Position numbers and translations under genes: made by a program | Origin: Phoronis australis | Taxonomy: Eukaryota > Animalia > Phoronida | Assembly: GCA_002633005.1 (NCBI GenBank) | Contig: NMRA01000582.1 | Span: 162,610-226,609, forward strand | Direction: 5' to 3' | Length of the DNA: 64,000 nt | The notes under the pieces: generated by a model | Database searches by the model: none | What the model was told of the DNA's origin: nothing | Seen by the model: only the letters and a program-made list of their open reading frames with translations | Shown here: one piece after another, positions 24,364-38,414 of the stretch | Position numbering within the stretch: position 1 is the first letter of the stretch | Layout of the letters: every line of letters begins with the position of its first letter

Positions 24364-27300
24364 GTGAGTAAAAGGTTACATGTAATTTCCTTAACTTTGG
24401 TCCATCGCCATGTATATGTTTGGAGTTTTATTTTACTGGCTTCATCCCGTAGTTCCAAATTGTACGAAATGTCATTAGAAGATTAGTTTGTCTCCTAATA
24501 ATGTGTTTTGCGTGCTCCTAACTATGCTAATGTATAGCAAGATGCTATTTTAACGTATTGTACGCTAAACCAACTACAGTCGCATTGAAACCAAAAAAAT
24601 CTGAAAATAGGTGACCTGTGCACTATTGACGTTCCTCGTGGGCTCACATAGCCCGTATCATGAAGAGTTATTAATGGACACGGTTCAGCGATTTACAAGT
24701 TTTCAAACTACTTCATATTTGCATCGTCGCTTTACATTTCTAACTAACTTGGCCTAGCAATCCCAGAGATAAGGAATTAGCCTGGAAGTTCCACTTTAAA
24801 GTGACCATAAAAACCTGTTTTGTGGGATCTTATCTGACTGCTTTTTTCTCCCTCGTTTGCTGTCAGGGAGTGACATTTTAGGTATTTCTATATGACTTTG
24901 TTTGTTTTCAAAGCATGACTTTTTGCTAATGATATGGGGTGTTACATACAACAGACCTGATAGTTACTATCGTACCTGTTGGTGTGAGCTTAAGTCTTCT
25001 GGCTTCAATATCTCCAAAGGCCTCTCTAAGTAGCATGTTTTGTGCAGCGCCCATATACTTTTTGATGCCTGCTGTCAATCTTTTAGGCCGTCAACATCGC
25101 TTATGTGTCTGTTAAACAGCTGTCTTTGGAAACAGTCATCAGTGGCGGATCCTAGATTTTGAGTTAGGGGGGTCAAGGCAGAGTATTAGCCAGGATTTTG
25201 ACCGTCAGACAATCGCACCCCCAACTGCTAAATGAAATTTGGGAGAATTTTAGGGGGAGCATAGCCCCCTTAACCCCCCTCTAAATCCGCCACAGCTCAT
25301 GCTCTGTGACGTGCATCAGCTAGAGGCGGATACTTTACAGCTAATTGCTTGCGCAGAGGAGGCACTACTATTTTCGTACAATTTTCGTAACCTGATTGTC
25401 AATCTGACGGGAATGTTAAATAAAGTTAAACATATTGTATAGCATGCATGACAGTTTTGTACGTTTTTTTTAATCAAACATTAATGCAGAACAAACATTC
25501 AATTGGCAGTTATAGTGTTGAAGAACATTCATCTTTTAAAAACACTTCTTTTCAGTTTCTTTTGTGCATTCACAATGATAATGCATAAGGTCTGACCACC
25601 TGTTCAGGCTCTCATACTGCAGATGATTCCGGCTGACCCAATTTCTTGTGTTTGTTGACCTTATTGTAACATAGGAATCTTCAACAACACCCATTTGCAC
25701 ACTTTGAGCGATGCGCGTTACTCGACTAATCATCTGTTGATAGAGTGCACATTCTTCAGTCCCGTGTCCCCAAGGTGTTTTACCAGGATAACCCTGTCCC
25801 CATCACTCATGCTTCTAACATGATTCGTACTTCCGCTGCCAAGATGTTCGATTTTCACGTAAGACCCGTTTCCAAGTAGGCTCGCCAGGCCGACAGTGTC
25901 GCGCCCCTCGACGTCACTGGTGAGGTACATTATTACTCGACTCGTGGTAACCACAACTTCCGTTTAGATGCTTTGGTCGTCCGTCAACTCGATGTCTACA
26001 TTCTCGCGGGTAAGTCATGTCTTGCCCTGAATGACATCGCTGTTCGTCCTGCAAAACGCCAGATCATCATAAAGAAAACCGACGTTGTCACATACGGCAG
26101 ATCAACCCATGTCGACGTAACTCCTGCTGCCCGCTTAACCCAATATTTTTGTTGCGGAGCCCCTAGCGCTCAGTTATTCTCCCTGGAGACTACCTCCAGC
26201 TGTGTACTCTTACGTCAACCCAGTCTGACGCCACATGGCCTTTGAACCACGCTTGAATAGCAGTCTCAACTCGCACTGCAAACCAGAACTCGCTTGGCAT
26301 TTCCCCCATGAAGTGTCGACTATCGATAACGTCGTGCGTTTAAAAAACGATACTGACATTCCTATTCTTGTTAGCAACGGTGAACACTTATACCAAATAC
26401 GTCATATCATCTCCCCCAGCAGGACGTGATGTCACTACAGGCTCACCTCCAGCGCCCCCTACCGGGCCACACCCCTTCTCTGGCACTGTTTCTCTGGACC
26501 CGGAAAACATTTTGCCTTCCAGTATACGCCAGCTACTTACACCATGAATATGACGACGTTTTCAACCCCGCCATTTCCAAATATAATGGCGCTAGCGGTC
26601 GCACAGAAGCCGTGGTGAACCTGGGTCCCATTCTACAACGACAGCGGAAAGGTCACCTCCCCTACTACAACTGAGCTGCTATGGACGAACTTAAGCACAA
26701 GTTTGACGAACTAGAGAATTCTGTTTTTTGCTAGGCCAGGGGAGATGAACGTCAGAGTGGAGTATCTCAACACGTCCTTCCTTCTTAAGAAGCTCAATGG
26801 CGGTAGTGAACTTGTCACTTCCTTTGGTGAAGTTGCCCAGTACAGCAAGTCTCAACCTTCATTAATGCCTAACGCAGCTAGTGTCTTACGGGATATTGCG
26901 CAGCGGAAGTTCCTCGTCGTTTCAGATCTTTTGCACATCTTGTACCACATTCCACTTAGTCAATCCTCCGTGAAGTACTGTGGTGTTGCCACTCCAAACA
27001 AAGGCATTCGTGTGTATACCCGTTCTGCTATAATGGTAATGCCCGGGTCTGAGACGTGCCTTGACGAACTGATGTCTCATGTCTTGGGCGATCTCATCCA
27101 AGAAAGATGTGGTGTCAAAATTGCAGATGATTTGTACGTTGGTAGTTCCACCTCCCACGAAGTCCTCAAAATTAAAAACCTTCGTTTATCTGCCAGAAAG
27201 ACCATAATCTGTCCTTAATCGACCGTCGTACTTGGGTGGATCTGGTCCAGTGGTACCTTGCAAGCAAGCCCTCACAACGTCACAGCCTTGTCTTCGGTGC

Positions 27301-27795
27301 CACCCTTGTCTAGTGTCCATATACTGTGGTCTTATATTGGTGCTCACAATGTGTTGAGTCGCGTCCTGGAGGGTTACGCAGGACTCTTGGACCCATTGGA
27401 ACGTACTGTCGCACGTCGTGATTCGAAGGAACATATCACTTGGTCTGATGATTTACTTTCCGCTTTCAAGGCTTCCCAAGATGCCCTTCCCAACAAAAAA
27501 AGTTATCACGCTACCCCAACCTCAAGACATTTTATGGATAGTCACTAATGGGCCTGCCAAGAATCGTGACATTGCTGCTATCTTGTACGTCAACAGAGAT
27601 GACAAGTTTCACCTAGGGGAATTCTTCAACGCCAAATTACGAAAACGTCCGATTACTTGTCTACCATGCAAAGTGGAACCATGGTGCATAGGTGCTTCTG
27701 TCCGTCACTTTGCTCCGTTCATCATCCAGTCCGATCATACCAATCAGGTTTTAACAAACAGTCGTCCATGTGTTCAGGCCTATGAAAAGTTGAAT

Positions 27796-30700
27796 TTTTT
27801 AAGTGATATATATTTATTGAAGAATACACAGAACATACAAAGAAATAATAACAAACCCAGAAACCTCGTAGCATTATATTTGGGCTGTAAGCAATTCATA
27901 AATGAAACTAATATATATAGAGGTATATACAATTAAGTAGTATCTAATATAAGTATTCCAATACTTAGGTATGCTATTACAAATACATAAAAACAAAAAT
28001 ATGTACAGATTCATGTATGGAAATCAGATGCAACAATATTGATAAACGGTACATAAAAATTTACTAACGTTGCTTAGGAGGAATTCGTTGAGAACGAGGA
28101 GGTCAAGGTTAGGACTACCATTCAATAAGAATGTAATTCTAGAAGGGATATTATCACAAGAATTGAGAGCGTTAACAATTGATTGGTTTTCACTGAGTGC
28201 ACGAAAGAGTGAGTCTCTCAGGTATTCGATGAGGGGACATTTGAAGAAAATATGAGAATAAGATTGATGGTCACCACATTTACAGTTTGGAGAGACATTA
28301 CTAAAGTTGTGCCTGATCTTGTCAGAGTTGAGGAAAAGGCCACATCTTGATCTGTACAATGCTATTTCGTTGTTGCGGGGAAGGGAGAATTGAGTCAAGG
28401 GTGTTGAGTTATAAAAATTATGAAAAACAGTTCTAAAATTATTTTTATTCTCGTAAAAGAGTTGCTTTCCGTAACAGAGACTGGAAGTGAATTCCAGTTG
28501 TTGATGCACATCATGACTGTAGACCTTCTGAATGTCTGACTGAACGATGGAGGAATTGCATATGGGGTGGAGGATCTCAAATCACTACGATGACCTTGTC
28601 TAGTGTATAGATCAAATACTTTTTTGACAGACACGTTGTTGACATTGATTATTACCTTGAAAGTAAATGTGGTCATGTGAAGATTGCGTCGAGTAAACAG
28701 TTTGGGCCAATTGAGACTATTCAAAACCTTAACACTATTGGATCCCCTGTAATCTCCGGTTATGAGTAAGGCAGCTTGATATTGTAACTTCTCCAAATGT
28801 TGAAGTGCATCCGTATTGACAGACTGATATATAATATCACAATAATCAATGTGTGGAAGTATAAAGGATTTGAACAAAACTTCTAAATGTGTAGAATTCA
28901 GGTGACGAGAGACAAGCTTAAGTGCGTTGATTAGTTCCTGAGTTTTTTGTACGAGCTCCCGAACGTGAGGGGTGAATGAGAGTTTTTCATCTAACAGTAT
29001 ACCCAGATGTCTGTGCGACTGTTTTCTAGGAATGATTTCATCATTAAGTTTAAGGTCATAAGACGGGTCAACAAGGAAGAGAGCATTAATAGATTTGGAG
29101 AAGGTGAGGTCAACGCTTTTTTTCTGGTTTAAAATTCATTCTCCATTCTTGTGACCAATAGCTGAGTTTATTTAAGTCGTGTTGAAGCTGCAAAGAACAT
29201 TCATGGCTGCTCCCTGCGAAGGGGTAAAAAAGCGCCGTGTCATCTGCATAAAGGTATGTGCTACATGACAGGTTATCAGGAAGGTCATTAATATAAACCA
29301 AGAAGAGAAGAGGGCCCAATACGCTACCCTGCGGTACCCCTGCGTTTACAAATCCAGGATGGGATAAAATTGAAAGTACGCCATCGACACGNAAAATATG
29401 AGGATAACATTGATGGTCACCACATTTACACTTTGGAGAGACATTACTAAAGTTGTGCCTGATCTTGTCAGAGTTGAGGAAAAGGACACATCTTGATCTG
29501 TACAATGCTATTTCGTTATCGCGGGGAAGGGAGAATTGAGTCAAGGGTGTTGAGTTAAAAAATTATGAAAAACAGTTCTAAAATTATTTTTATACTCGTA
29601 AAAGAGTTGCTTTCCGTAACAGAGACTGGAAGTGAATTCCAGTTGTTGATGCACATCATGACTGTAGACCTTCTGAATGCCTGACTGAAGGACGGAGGAA
29701 TTGCATATCGGGTGGAGGATATCAAATGAATACGATGGCCTTGTCTAGTGTATAGATCAAATACTTTTTTGACAGACACGTTGTTGACATTGTTTATTAC
29801 CTTGAAAGTAAATGTGGTCATGTGAAGATTGCGTCGAGTAGACAGTTTGGGACACTTGAGACTATTCAAAACCTTAACACTATTGGATCCCCTGTAATCT
29901 CCGGTTATGAGTAAGGCAGCTTGATATTGTAACTTCTCCAAATGTTGAAGTGCATCCGTATTGGCAGACTGATATATAATATCACAATAATCAATGTGTG
30001 GAAGTATAAAGGATTTGAACAAAACTTCTAAATGTGTAGAATTCAGGTGACGAGAGACAAGCTTAAGTGCGTTGATTAGTTCCTGAGTTTTTTGTACGAG
30101 CTCTCGAACGTGAGGGGTGAATGAGAGTTTTTCCTCTAACAGTATACCCAGATGTCTGTGCGACTGTTTTCTAGCAATGATTTCATCATTAAGTTTAAGG
30201 TTATAAGACGGGTCAACAAGGAAGAGAGCATTAATCGATTTGGAGAAGGTGAGGTCAACGCTTTTTTCTGGTTTAAAATTCATTCTCCATTCTTGTGACC
30301 AATAGCTTAGTTTATTTAAGTTGTGTTGAAGCTGCAAAGAACATTCAGGGCTGCTCCCTGCGAAGGGACAAAAAAGCGCCGTGTCATCTGCATAAAGGTA
30401 TGTGCTACACGACAGGTTATCAGGAAGGTCATTAATATAAACCAAGAAGAGAAGAGGGCCCAATACGCTACCCTGCAGTACAACTGCGTTTACAAATCCA
30501 GGAGGGGATAAAGTGGAAAGTACGCCGTCGACACGAACACTGTATGTTCTTTCGGAGAGATCTGGGGTGATCATGTTTAAAAGATTACCAGTGATGCCAT
30601 AGGATCGAGTTTGTGAAGTAGAAGGTCGTGAGGGACACAATCGAAAGCAGAAGCTATATCTAGAAAAATGGACCTGACACTCTTGCCCTTCTCAAAATGT

Positions 30701-33584
30701 AAATGAATCTCATGTACTGTTTCAACAAGTTGTGCCTCGGTGCTGTTCCCACACAAAAAAACAAATTGGCGATGATAGATCGAGTTGTTTTGTTTGAGAA
30801 ATGTAAGAATACTTTGAGCAATGATCTTCTCGAAGATTTTGGACAGGGTGTTAAGTAAAGTTATTGGGCGATAATTTGAAATTTCAGTTTTGGAGCCATT
30901 TTTGTGTATACGGGCCATAATTCCATGTTTCCAAGAAGACGGATATATACGTAGCTGAAGAAGTTTGTAAAACAGATTGGTCAGGGGCATAGTAATTTTG
31001 TTGGCAATCATTTTGAACATCTTGCTGGTTATTAAAGCTGTGCCATCATTCGTATTGGGGTCAATTTCATTGAGATACTTCCGGACATCAGTTTGATTAG
31101 CCGGGATGTCATACAGTTGATTAAGACAACGTTCACGAACAAAGGGAAAGTTACCTACTTCAGTTGGTGTAATGTGGCTTTTGTTCGTGAAAAAAATTGA
31201 GAAACAAGTCACACTTGTCACTACTACTTGAGGCTAGGTTACCATTATGGCTGATGACAGGACATGAGGATTGCTGTTGACTGCCGCGTATTTTATTGAT
31301 GATGTTCCAGTATTCTTTGGAGTTCTTGCTTGCGCTGTTAATTTGTTGAAAAAGCTTGTGGCGGTGATCAGCTTTGGCTTGATTTACTAAAGTTTCAACC
31401 AGACGTGACTGCTCCTTGTATATGTTGGAGATTATAGTGTTGTTAGATCTTCTGAAAGAGCTGTAAAGTCTGTTTCTTGTGCGAATTGCCCGTTTAGCAT
31501 TATTTTTGAACCACGGTTGGCTGTTGTGTTTAATTATCTTTTCAGTTGATGGGATGTTGTTTTTTTTAAAATTTCATAGAGAGTACTAGTGAAAAGTGAA
31601 ACAGTGTCATCAATGTCGCCAGTGTTCAATATGGAATCCCAGTCAGTGTTCAATTTGGTGAAAAGTTGAATCGTGGCGAGTTCTTAAACAGCGCCAGAGT
31701 TTTTACATCTCTGTCCCCTTTAAGCCGCTATGGCATTTGTGTACGACCAGGAAGAGATAACCAGGAAGGGACAACTGTTTTAGCGCATTTTAAGGGATAT
31801 TCAAAAGTGATTTCAAAAGTAAATGTTAAAGTCGTCTGGAATCCAGGCATTGTGTTCGAAAGCTTAACTCTTTAGCTATAAAATGACACCATTTTGGTTC
31901 CCAAAGACTGCATATTAATGGTACTAGGATGCTTTGAACACGTCTTGTTTTACCCTTAAAAAGATGCCTCTTCCCAGGCATGTACTCGGGCATGATCCTC
32001 TTTTTTGAACCAACAGATGTCACTTATATATGCAAATGAGGCTCGCATGTCCTACGTCATATGACGTCACTACGATGTCATACGACGCGAACTTCCAATT
32101 TGAACCCTCCGGTGCCGATAGCNAAGTTTAAGGTCATAAGACGGGTCAACAAGGAAGAGAGCATTAATAGATTTGGAGAAGGTGAGGTCAACGCTTTTTT
32201 TCTGGTTTAAAATTCATTCTCCATTCTTGTGACCAATAGCTGAGTTTATTTAAGTCGTGTTGAAGCTGCAAAGAACATTCATGGCTGCTCCCTGCGAAGG
32301 GGTAAAAAAGCGCCGTGTCATCTGCATAAAGGTATGTGCTACACGATAGGTTATCCGGAAGGTCATTAATATAAACCAAGAAGAGAAGAGGGCCCAATAC
32401 GCTACCCTGCAGTACACCTGCGTTTACAAATCCAGGAAGGGATAAAGTGGAAAGTACGCCGTCGACACGAACACTGTATGTTGTTTCGGAGAGATCTGGG
32501 GTGATCATGTTTAAAAGATTACCAGTGATGCCATAGGATCGGAGTTTGTGAAGTAGAAGGTCGTGAGGGACACAATCGAAAGCAGAAGCTATATCTAGAA
32601 AAATGGACCTGACACTCTCGCCCTTCTCAAAATGTAAATGAATCTCATGTACTGTTTCAACAAGTTGTGCCACGGTGCTGTTCCCACGCAAAAAACCAAA
32701 TTGATGATGATAGATCGAGTTGTTTTGTTTGAGAAATGTAAGAATACTTTGAGCAATGATCTTCTCGAAGATTTTGGACAGGGTGTTAAGTAAAGTTATT
32801 GGGCGATAATTTGAAATTTCAGTTTTGGAGCCATTTTTGTGTGTAGGGGCCATAATTCCATGTTTCCAAGAAGACGGATATATACCTAGCTGAAGAAGTT
32901 TGTAAAACAGATTGGTCAGGGGCATAGTAATTTCGTTGGCAATCATTTTGAACATCTTGCTGGTTATTAAAGCTGTGCCATCATTCGTATTGGGGTCAAT
33001 TTCATTGAGATACTTCCGGACATCAGTTTGATTAGCCGGGATGTCATACAGTTGATTAAGACAACGTTCACGAAGAACGGGAAAGTTACCTACTTCAGTT
33101 GGTGTAATGTGGCTTTTGTTCGTGAAAAATTTGAGAAACAAGTCACACTTGTCACTACTACTTGAGGCTAGGTTACCATTATGGTTGATGACAGGATATG
33201 AGGATTGTTGTTGACTGCCGCGTATTTTATTAATGATGTTCCAGTATTCTTTGGAGTTCTTGCTTGCGCTGTTAATTTGTTGAAAAGGCTTGTGGCGGTG
33301 ATCAGCTTTGGCTTGATTTACTAAAGTTTCAACCAGACGTGACTGCTCCTTGTATCTGTTGGAGATTATAGTGTTGTTAGATCTTCTGAAAGAGCTGTAA
33401 AGTCTGTTTCTTGTGCGAAATGCCCGTTTAGCATTATTGTTGAACCACGGTTGGCTGTTGTGTTTAATTATCTTTTCAGTTGATGGGATGTTGTTTTTTA
33501 AAATTTCATAGAGAGTACTAGTGAAAAGTGAAACAGTGTCATCAATGTCGCCAGTGTTCAATATGGAATCCCAGTCAGTGTTGG
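27796..33584 (-). mobile_element. 5'-truncated CR1-group LINE (RT), present as three overlapping near-identical segments split by Ns
   Basis: ORFs 32188-33561, 29555-30640 and 30577-31221 carry NYRPITLL, LDIASAFD, QGSVLGP, YADD. 13-bp TSD TGAAAAGTTGAAT at 27783-27795 and 33585-33597. Confidence 0.95.
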
Positions 33585-35412
33585 TGAAAAGTTGAATCGT
33601 GGCGAGTTCTTAAACAGCGCCAGAGTTTTTACATCTCTGTCAACTTTAAGCCGCTATGGCATTTGTGTACGACATATCGCCAGTGTCACCAACTTTCCTT
33701 CAGACTTCTCTAGCAGGAATCCCTTAACGTGCCCAGAATCATCATGTCCAGTTTGCCTATTCATCGCCGACTTTGAGGACCCAGTCGACAGTGGTTTGTC
33801 TGTTTCTGACGTCATCAACGGCTCGTCTCACATGCCTTTTACAAGCAGAGTGCCCCGACCTACGACGTACCCACACACATCTTTCGCAAGGAACCCGGCC
33901 ATCCAAGAAAGCCAGCAAAATTGTCGACGTCAAACGTTACCCCAGGGACGTTACCATTGCATTAGATGGTGTGTTAGTGGTCAAGTCAGCTGAACCTTTG
34001 CAGCCACCGCGAGATCACATTGTTATACCCAGATCCGTACTTGACGGCCTCCTGACTGCTCTCCACGTCCGGTTCGCCCACCCTTCACGTTTCCAGACCA
34101 ATCATGCGTTCAATCGTTACTTTTGCTCTAGATCTGGACAAAGCTGTCGACTTCGTTTCTTCTGCTTGTCACATGTGTCAAGCTGTCCAATCTCTCCCTT
34201 CAGCAGCAACCCACTTCAGGTGCTCCAGGTGTCATTGGCTCCTTTTTCGCCGCTGACATCATGCGCCGCTATCGACAGTTCATACTCGTCTTAAGGGACA
34301 CTGTTACTTCCTACACTTCGCACGGCTTCTTTCAAGCGAAACCCGTGATGAACTTCTCGACGCCTTGTTGAACATGTGCTCTGATTTTAGTCTTGTTCGT
34401 GACTGTGGAATTACGATACGTGTTAAATCCGCTCCTGGCTTTGTTGCTTTGAAGAATGACCAGCAACTCATTTCGCGGGGAATTCCCCTAGATATTGGAC
34501 GTGTCAAGAATCCGAATATAAACCATCTTGCAGAGCGTTCTATAGAGGAATTAGAAATGGAGCATCTACGTCTATCCCCAGATGGCAGTCCCATTTCTGC
34601 AGTGACCCTGGCATTTGCCACATCTTATCTCAACTCCCGTCTAAGTCGGGATCATTGATCTTCCCGTGAACTATAGACGCAACACGACCAATTTACCGGT
34701 TCTAAGCTTCCAGTGGTGGACCGCGATATCATCCTCAATCAGAACAAGTCTCGTATTGACAACTACATGCCTAGCGCTACTTCTAAGGTTCGAGGTCGTG
34801 TCGCTCCTTCTTCCACTTTGCTCGCTGTCGGCCAGTTAGTGTACCTCAAAGGCGACAAGGACAAGACACGTGCTCGGGAGCGTTATTTGGTTGTTGCCAT
34901 ATCTGATGATTGGTGTGAGCTACCTAAGTTTATCTCGTCTCAATTTCGTAGTAAGACTTTCACCGTGCGCATTTCCGATTGTTATGCTGTTCCCAGTACT
35001 GCCTTTCCGTCTCCTGAACCTGTTCGAGGTTTATCTTACCCATCGTATGACGATGTCGACTTCGACCTGCTGACACTCCTTTCTCCACCCAACCTCAGGT
35101 GTCCCCCAATGACTCACTTTTAACAGAACAGCCACCAGTTCTCGTGCCTCCTTCACCCTCGGCTATCGCGGACCCTCCTGAGTCTTATCAGACACGTACT
35201 CAGCCTGTCTTTGATCCCGTTGATCCAGCAGTACCCTCTGATGTCCTACCTGCCCCTTCCGATGAGCCCCTCACAATTCATTTACGCCGCTCTCTGCAAC
35301 AGCGAAGGAAACCCCCCTTGTTAACCACAGACTGGGCTTAACGTTTTTAGCCTCAGTTTGCTTTTTGTTTTTACCTACTACTGTATCGTTTTTTCTTCCT
35401 AGAGCGGACAGC

Positions 35413-35421
35413 AGAGAGAGA

Positions 35422-35456
<35 letters not shown>
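35413..35456. repeat. (AG)n microsatellite at the polypurine-tract position
   Basis: Visible run immediately before the LTR TG. Confidence 0.9.
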
Positions 35457-35458
<2 letters not shown>

Positions 35459-36414
35459 TGTGGTCACGCCAGTATGTTTGGACTCTAGTATTCGAGTTGT
35501 GGTTTCTGTTAGACTTCCTTCCTTCCGGTTCCTCGTTGCATTCTGTCGTTACGTGTTTCCAATATATGTTCACTTTGGACTCTTTGTTTTACTTATTTGC
35601 GTTAGACATATTTTTATGTAGATTGTTGTTCTCCAGGAGCCTGTTACATTAATGTTTTGTACACAGAGTCTAAACGCAGACTTACGCCTAAGCGGATGAC
35701 TGGTCATAAGTTAAGACTCAGTGTCAAAAACATTTTGAAGTTATGAAGCTTAGTGAAACGGATCCTTATTTGCTGTGAAATGGTACAGTTGTCCTAACTG
35801 TGTTTCTTTGTTCCATTTAACTGAGTTAGCACAGTTATCACTGATGGAACTTGGACGGTTTAACTCACCGCACGGTAGTCTTCTGAAAACTAAAAGTCAT
35901 CGAAAAACACCAACAGTCACTGGAGTTCTCGGCTAGGTAGTGCGCATGCAATATGATCTCACTATAAAAGCTTGGTTGTGTTGATCTGTCTTAGTGCTCT
36001 TTATTCTGTAGAGATAACATTCCAATGTCAGTGTCCTAAAGTGAACGTTTCCCTTAGTGGTTGACCTAGTTATGTGATTGACCTTGTTTTCAAATTGTGA
36101 GGCACTTCTGGATTAAGGAAGACGAGCAATATTAGACATCTGCCCGGTTTCTGTATGCACTGAAGCTTTTAATGAAAAAGAAATGCATGCTGATAAGAAC
36201 ATAAAAGATACAACTTTGACAAAAAATAATAACCACGTTACATATCGTTGAATATAGAGCGGCGCTGTGGTAACTGAGGACAGGCCTATCCTTAAAATGT
36301 GGTTCCTACTGTTTATTTTACAAATTCATAGCTCATAACAAAGTCCAAAGTTAATGTTTCATGTTTCAAAGTTTAATGAATAATTAAATCATGAGTAACG
36401 TTCTTTTATTTCAG

Positions 36415-36696
36415 AATCACCGACTAATCGAATTGTCGAACCGACTGACAGCGCAGGACGGGTCGCGTCATGTCAGAGTACACATGTTGAATCGCTGCGA
36501 TCAAATCCTCAAATCGATCAAGATTCAGATGTCTTCAAAGTGTTCTCATAGAAGCTTCCAGTGTTCAAAAGATGAGCTAAAGACACTACACATGAAACTG
36601 TTGGAGCTCCTTGTTGAACACTCTGCTATTTCTTTTTTATTTTTGCAGAAAAACATATTTACAAAACATATATGCATAGCAAGTGTGCACACTTAG
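36415..36696 (+). CDS. Probable downstream/terminal exon of the tandem-FYVE gene
   Basis: Strong acceptor TTCTTTTATTTCAG, phase 0, open helical-looking frame NHRLIELSNRL..HMLNRCDQILKSIKIQM..LHMKLLELL. Linkage to the FYVE gene is inferred; the 3' part runs into an L1 tail. Confidence 0.5.
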   Translation, partial: NHRLIELSNRLTAQDGSRHVRVHMLNRCDQILKSIKIQMSSKCSHRSFQCSKDELKTLHMKLLELLVEHSAISFLFLQKNIFTKHICIASVHT

Positions 36697-38414
36697 TCAC
36701 AAATAACAACACTAAATACCAAGTATGATAGGTACAAAAGAGAATCTAAATAAAATATGCAAGATCTTTCCACTTAGTTATTTGTCGCTCCAATTGTATG
36801 CAAGTCAAGTAATCAACTTTGCAATAATCTATGATGTAAGCCCGTAAGTTATCAAATATAGGTAATAGCTTCTTTAAATTTCTCCCGATATATAAACATT
36901 TTTGTTAAGCAAAATATGATATCATATACAAATAAAACTTACATTGCAAAAAACTAATAAAGCCTCTTTTACGGAAATAATTATATTGTTGTGAAAAATC
37001 TGCTTTAGCAAAACTATTAATTTGTTCCACAAAATTTTAACATACCTACATTCCCAGAATAAATGTACAATTGATTCTGGGACTTCGCTGCAAAAAGAAC
37101 ATAGATTTGAGTTTACATTACCATTTTTTTGAGAAAACATTTTGTTGGAAGAATGTTATGTACAATTCTGTAATTAAACCACCTCATTTTTGTATTTGTA
37201 TTTGTATTAGTATACCTGCCAATAGCACTATTTATGGAATCCCAATCCATAATTTCATTGGTCATGCTTAGGCTTTAATTCCATTTTACTTCTGAAGAAG
37301 GTTTACAGTACCGATTTTTAACAAATCATAAAAGTCATTAATGTCTTTTGACGAGTTAGTTACAACTTCATACACTTTGGACCATAATGGTAACAGCAAA
37401 ACAGCTTGTTTGTAATCAAAACTGTGTTCTATCTTTTGAATGACTTGGCGAATGCGGAAAAATTCGGCAAAAGGACGACAAAAGTCAGCCTTTTTACAGA
37501 CTTCAGTATAATCAATAAGTCAGCCACAATATAAAAAGCTTTCTCAAACCACCGCTTATAGAATACCATTTTGCCACCAATCATTATATTATTGTTATAC
37601 CACAATGGCTGCAAAGATAAATGTTTACCATTATTTATTATTAGCTGTAAATCATAGAACGATTGAAAAACCTCTTTCCAAAATGGGTTTTTAATTTTCA
37701 ACAAAAGCCATTTAAAGTAATAATTACCAAATTTTAAGAATTCCAAAAAATATTTGGCAAATAATCCAACTAGAACCGGATCCACGCATCAACGTCATCC
37801 CCATTTTCCAAAAATTTTCTTATATATGTACATTTTAAACTTTTAATAAATGATGTGACGTGAGGCATTTTAAGCCCGCCATTTTCATAATTTTGTATAA
37901 TAACTTTTCTAGCGACCCTATCAATCTTAAAGTTCCAAATGTAGCCAAATATGAGTTTTCCAATCGTCGCAGCGTTACTTAATCAGGTGAAGGGATACTC
38001 GCGAAAATGTAGATTAACTTGGGAATCACTAATGTTTTGATAACAGTAATACGCCCAACAGTACTTATAATTCTTCCTGACCAGAATTTAATCACGCTTT
38101 CAATGTCTAGAAGTTTATTATTGTAATTCAATTCCACAATATAGTTTAACCCAGGGTTGAATGAAATTCTGAGCAATGGAAATTGTTTAATTTCCCAGTG
38201 CAAATTTATGTGGCTACATAATCTTCGGAAAGAATTCCTCATAGACCCCAGCTAAACACAGTTTTTCCAAATTAGGCTTAGGCCCTGAAAATTTGGCAAC
38301 CTGTTTTACAAGAGAAAGAGAAGAACTAAAGGAACGTTCCCACACCTCTAGTAGAATGGCAGTGTTGTCTGCATACTGTATTAATTTAAATTCTTTGTTT
38401 TTTATTTTTATTCT
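36628..38414 (-). mobile_element. L1/Tx1-type LINE ORF2, 3' part (RT end, zf-RVT)
   Basis: IQYADNT, GRITVIKTLVIPKLIY, NPFWKEV, PLWYNNNI, CSFCSEVPESIVHLFWEC. Confidence 0.9.

Larger units (their letters stand above)
25880..35706 (+). mobile_element. Decayed Gypsy LTR retrotransposon (same family as 8.9-12.6 kb), split by a LINE insertion
   Basis: Protease region ARQAD..LDALVVRQLDV; RT EYLNTSFLLKK..KIADDLYVG; RNase H LWIVTNG..CVQAYEKLN resuming as EKLNRGEF at 33585; integrase HVRFAHP..CHMC; purine tract then TGTGGTCACGCCA LTR start at 35459 (LTR end approximate). Confidence 0.88.

Noticed and set aside
29555-33561. Multiple RT ORFs as a retron/DGR or multi-RT system
   Set aside because: They are near-identical pieces of one CR1-group LINE separated by assembly Ns and bounded by a TSD.
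35271-35652. ORFs with poly-RE / poly-LS
   Set aside because: Produced by the (AG)n microsatellite.
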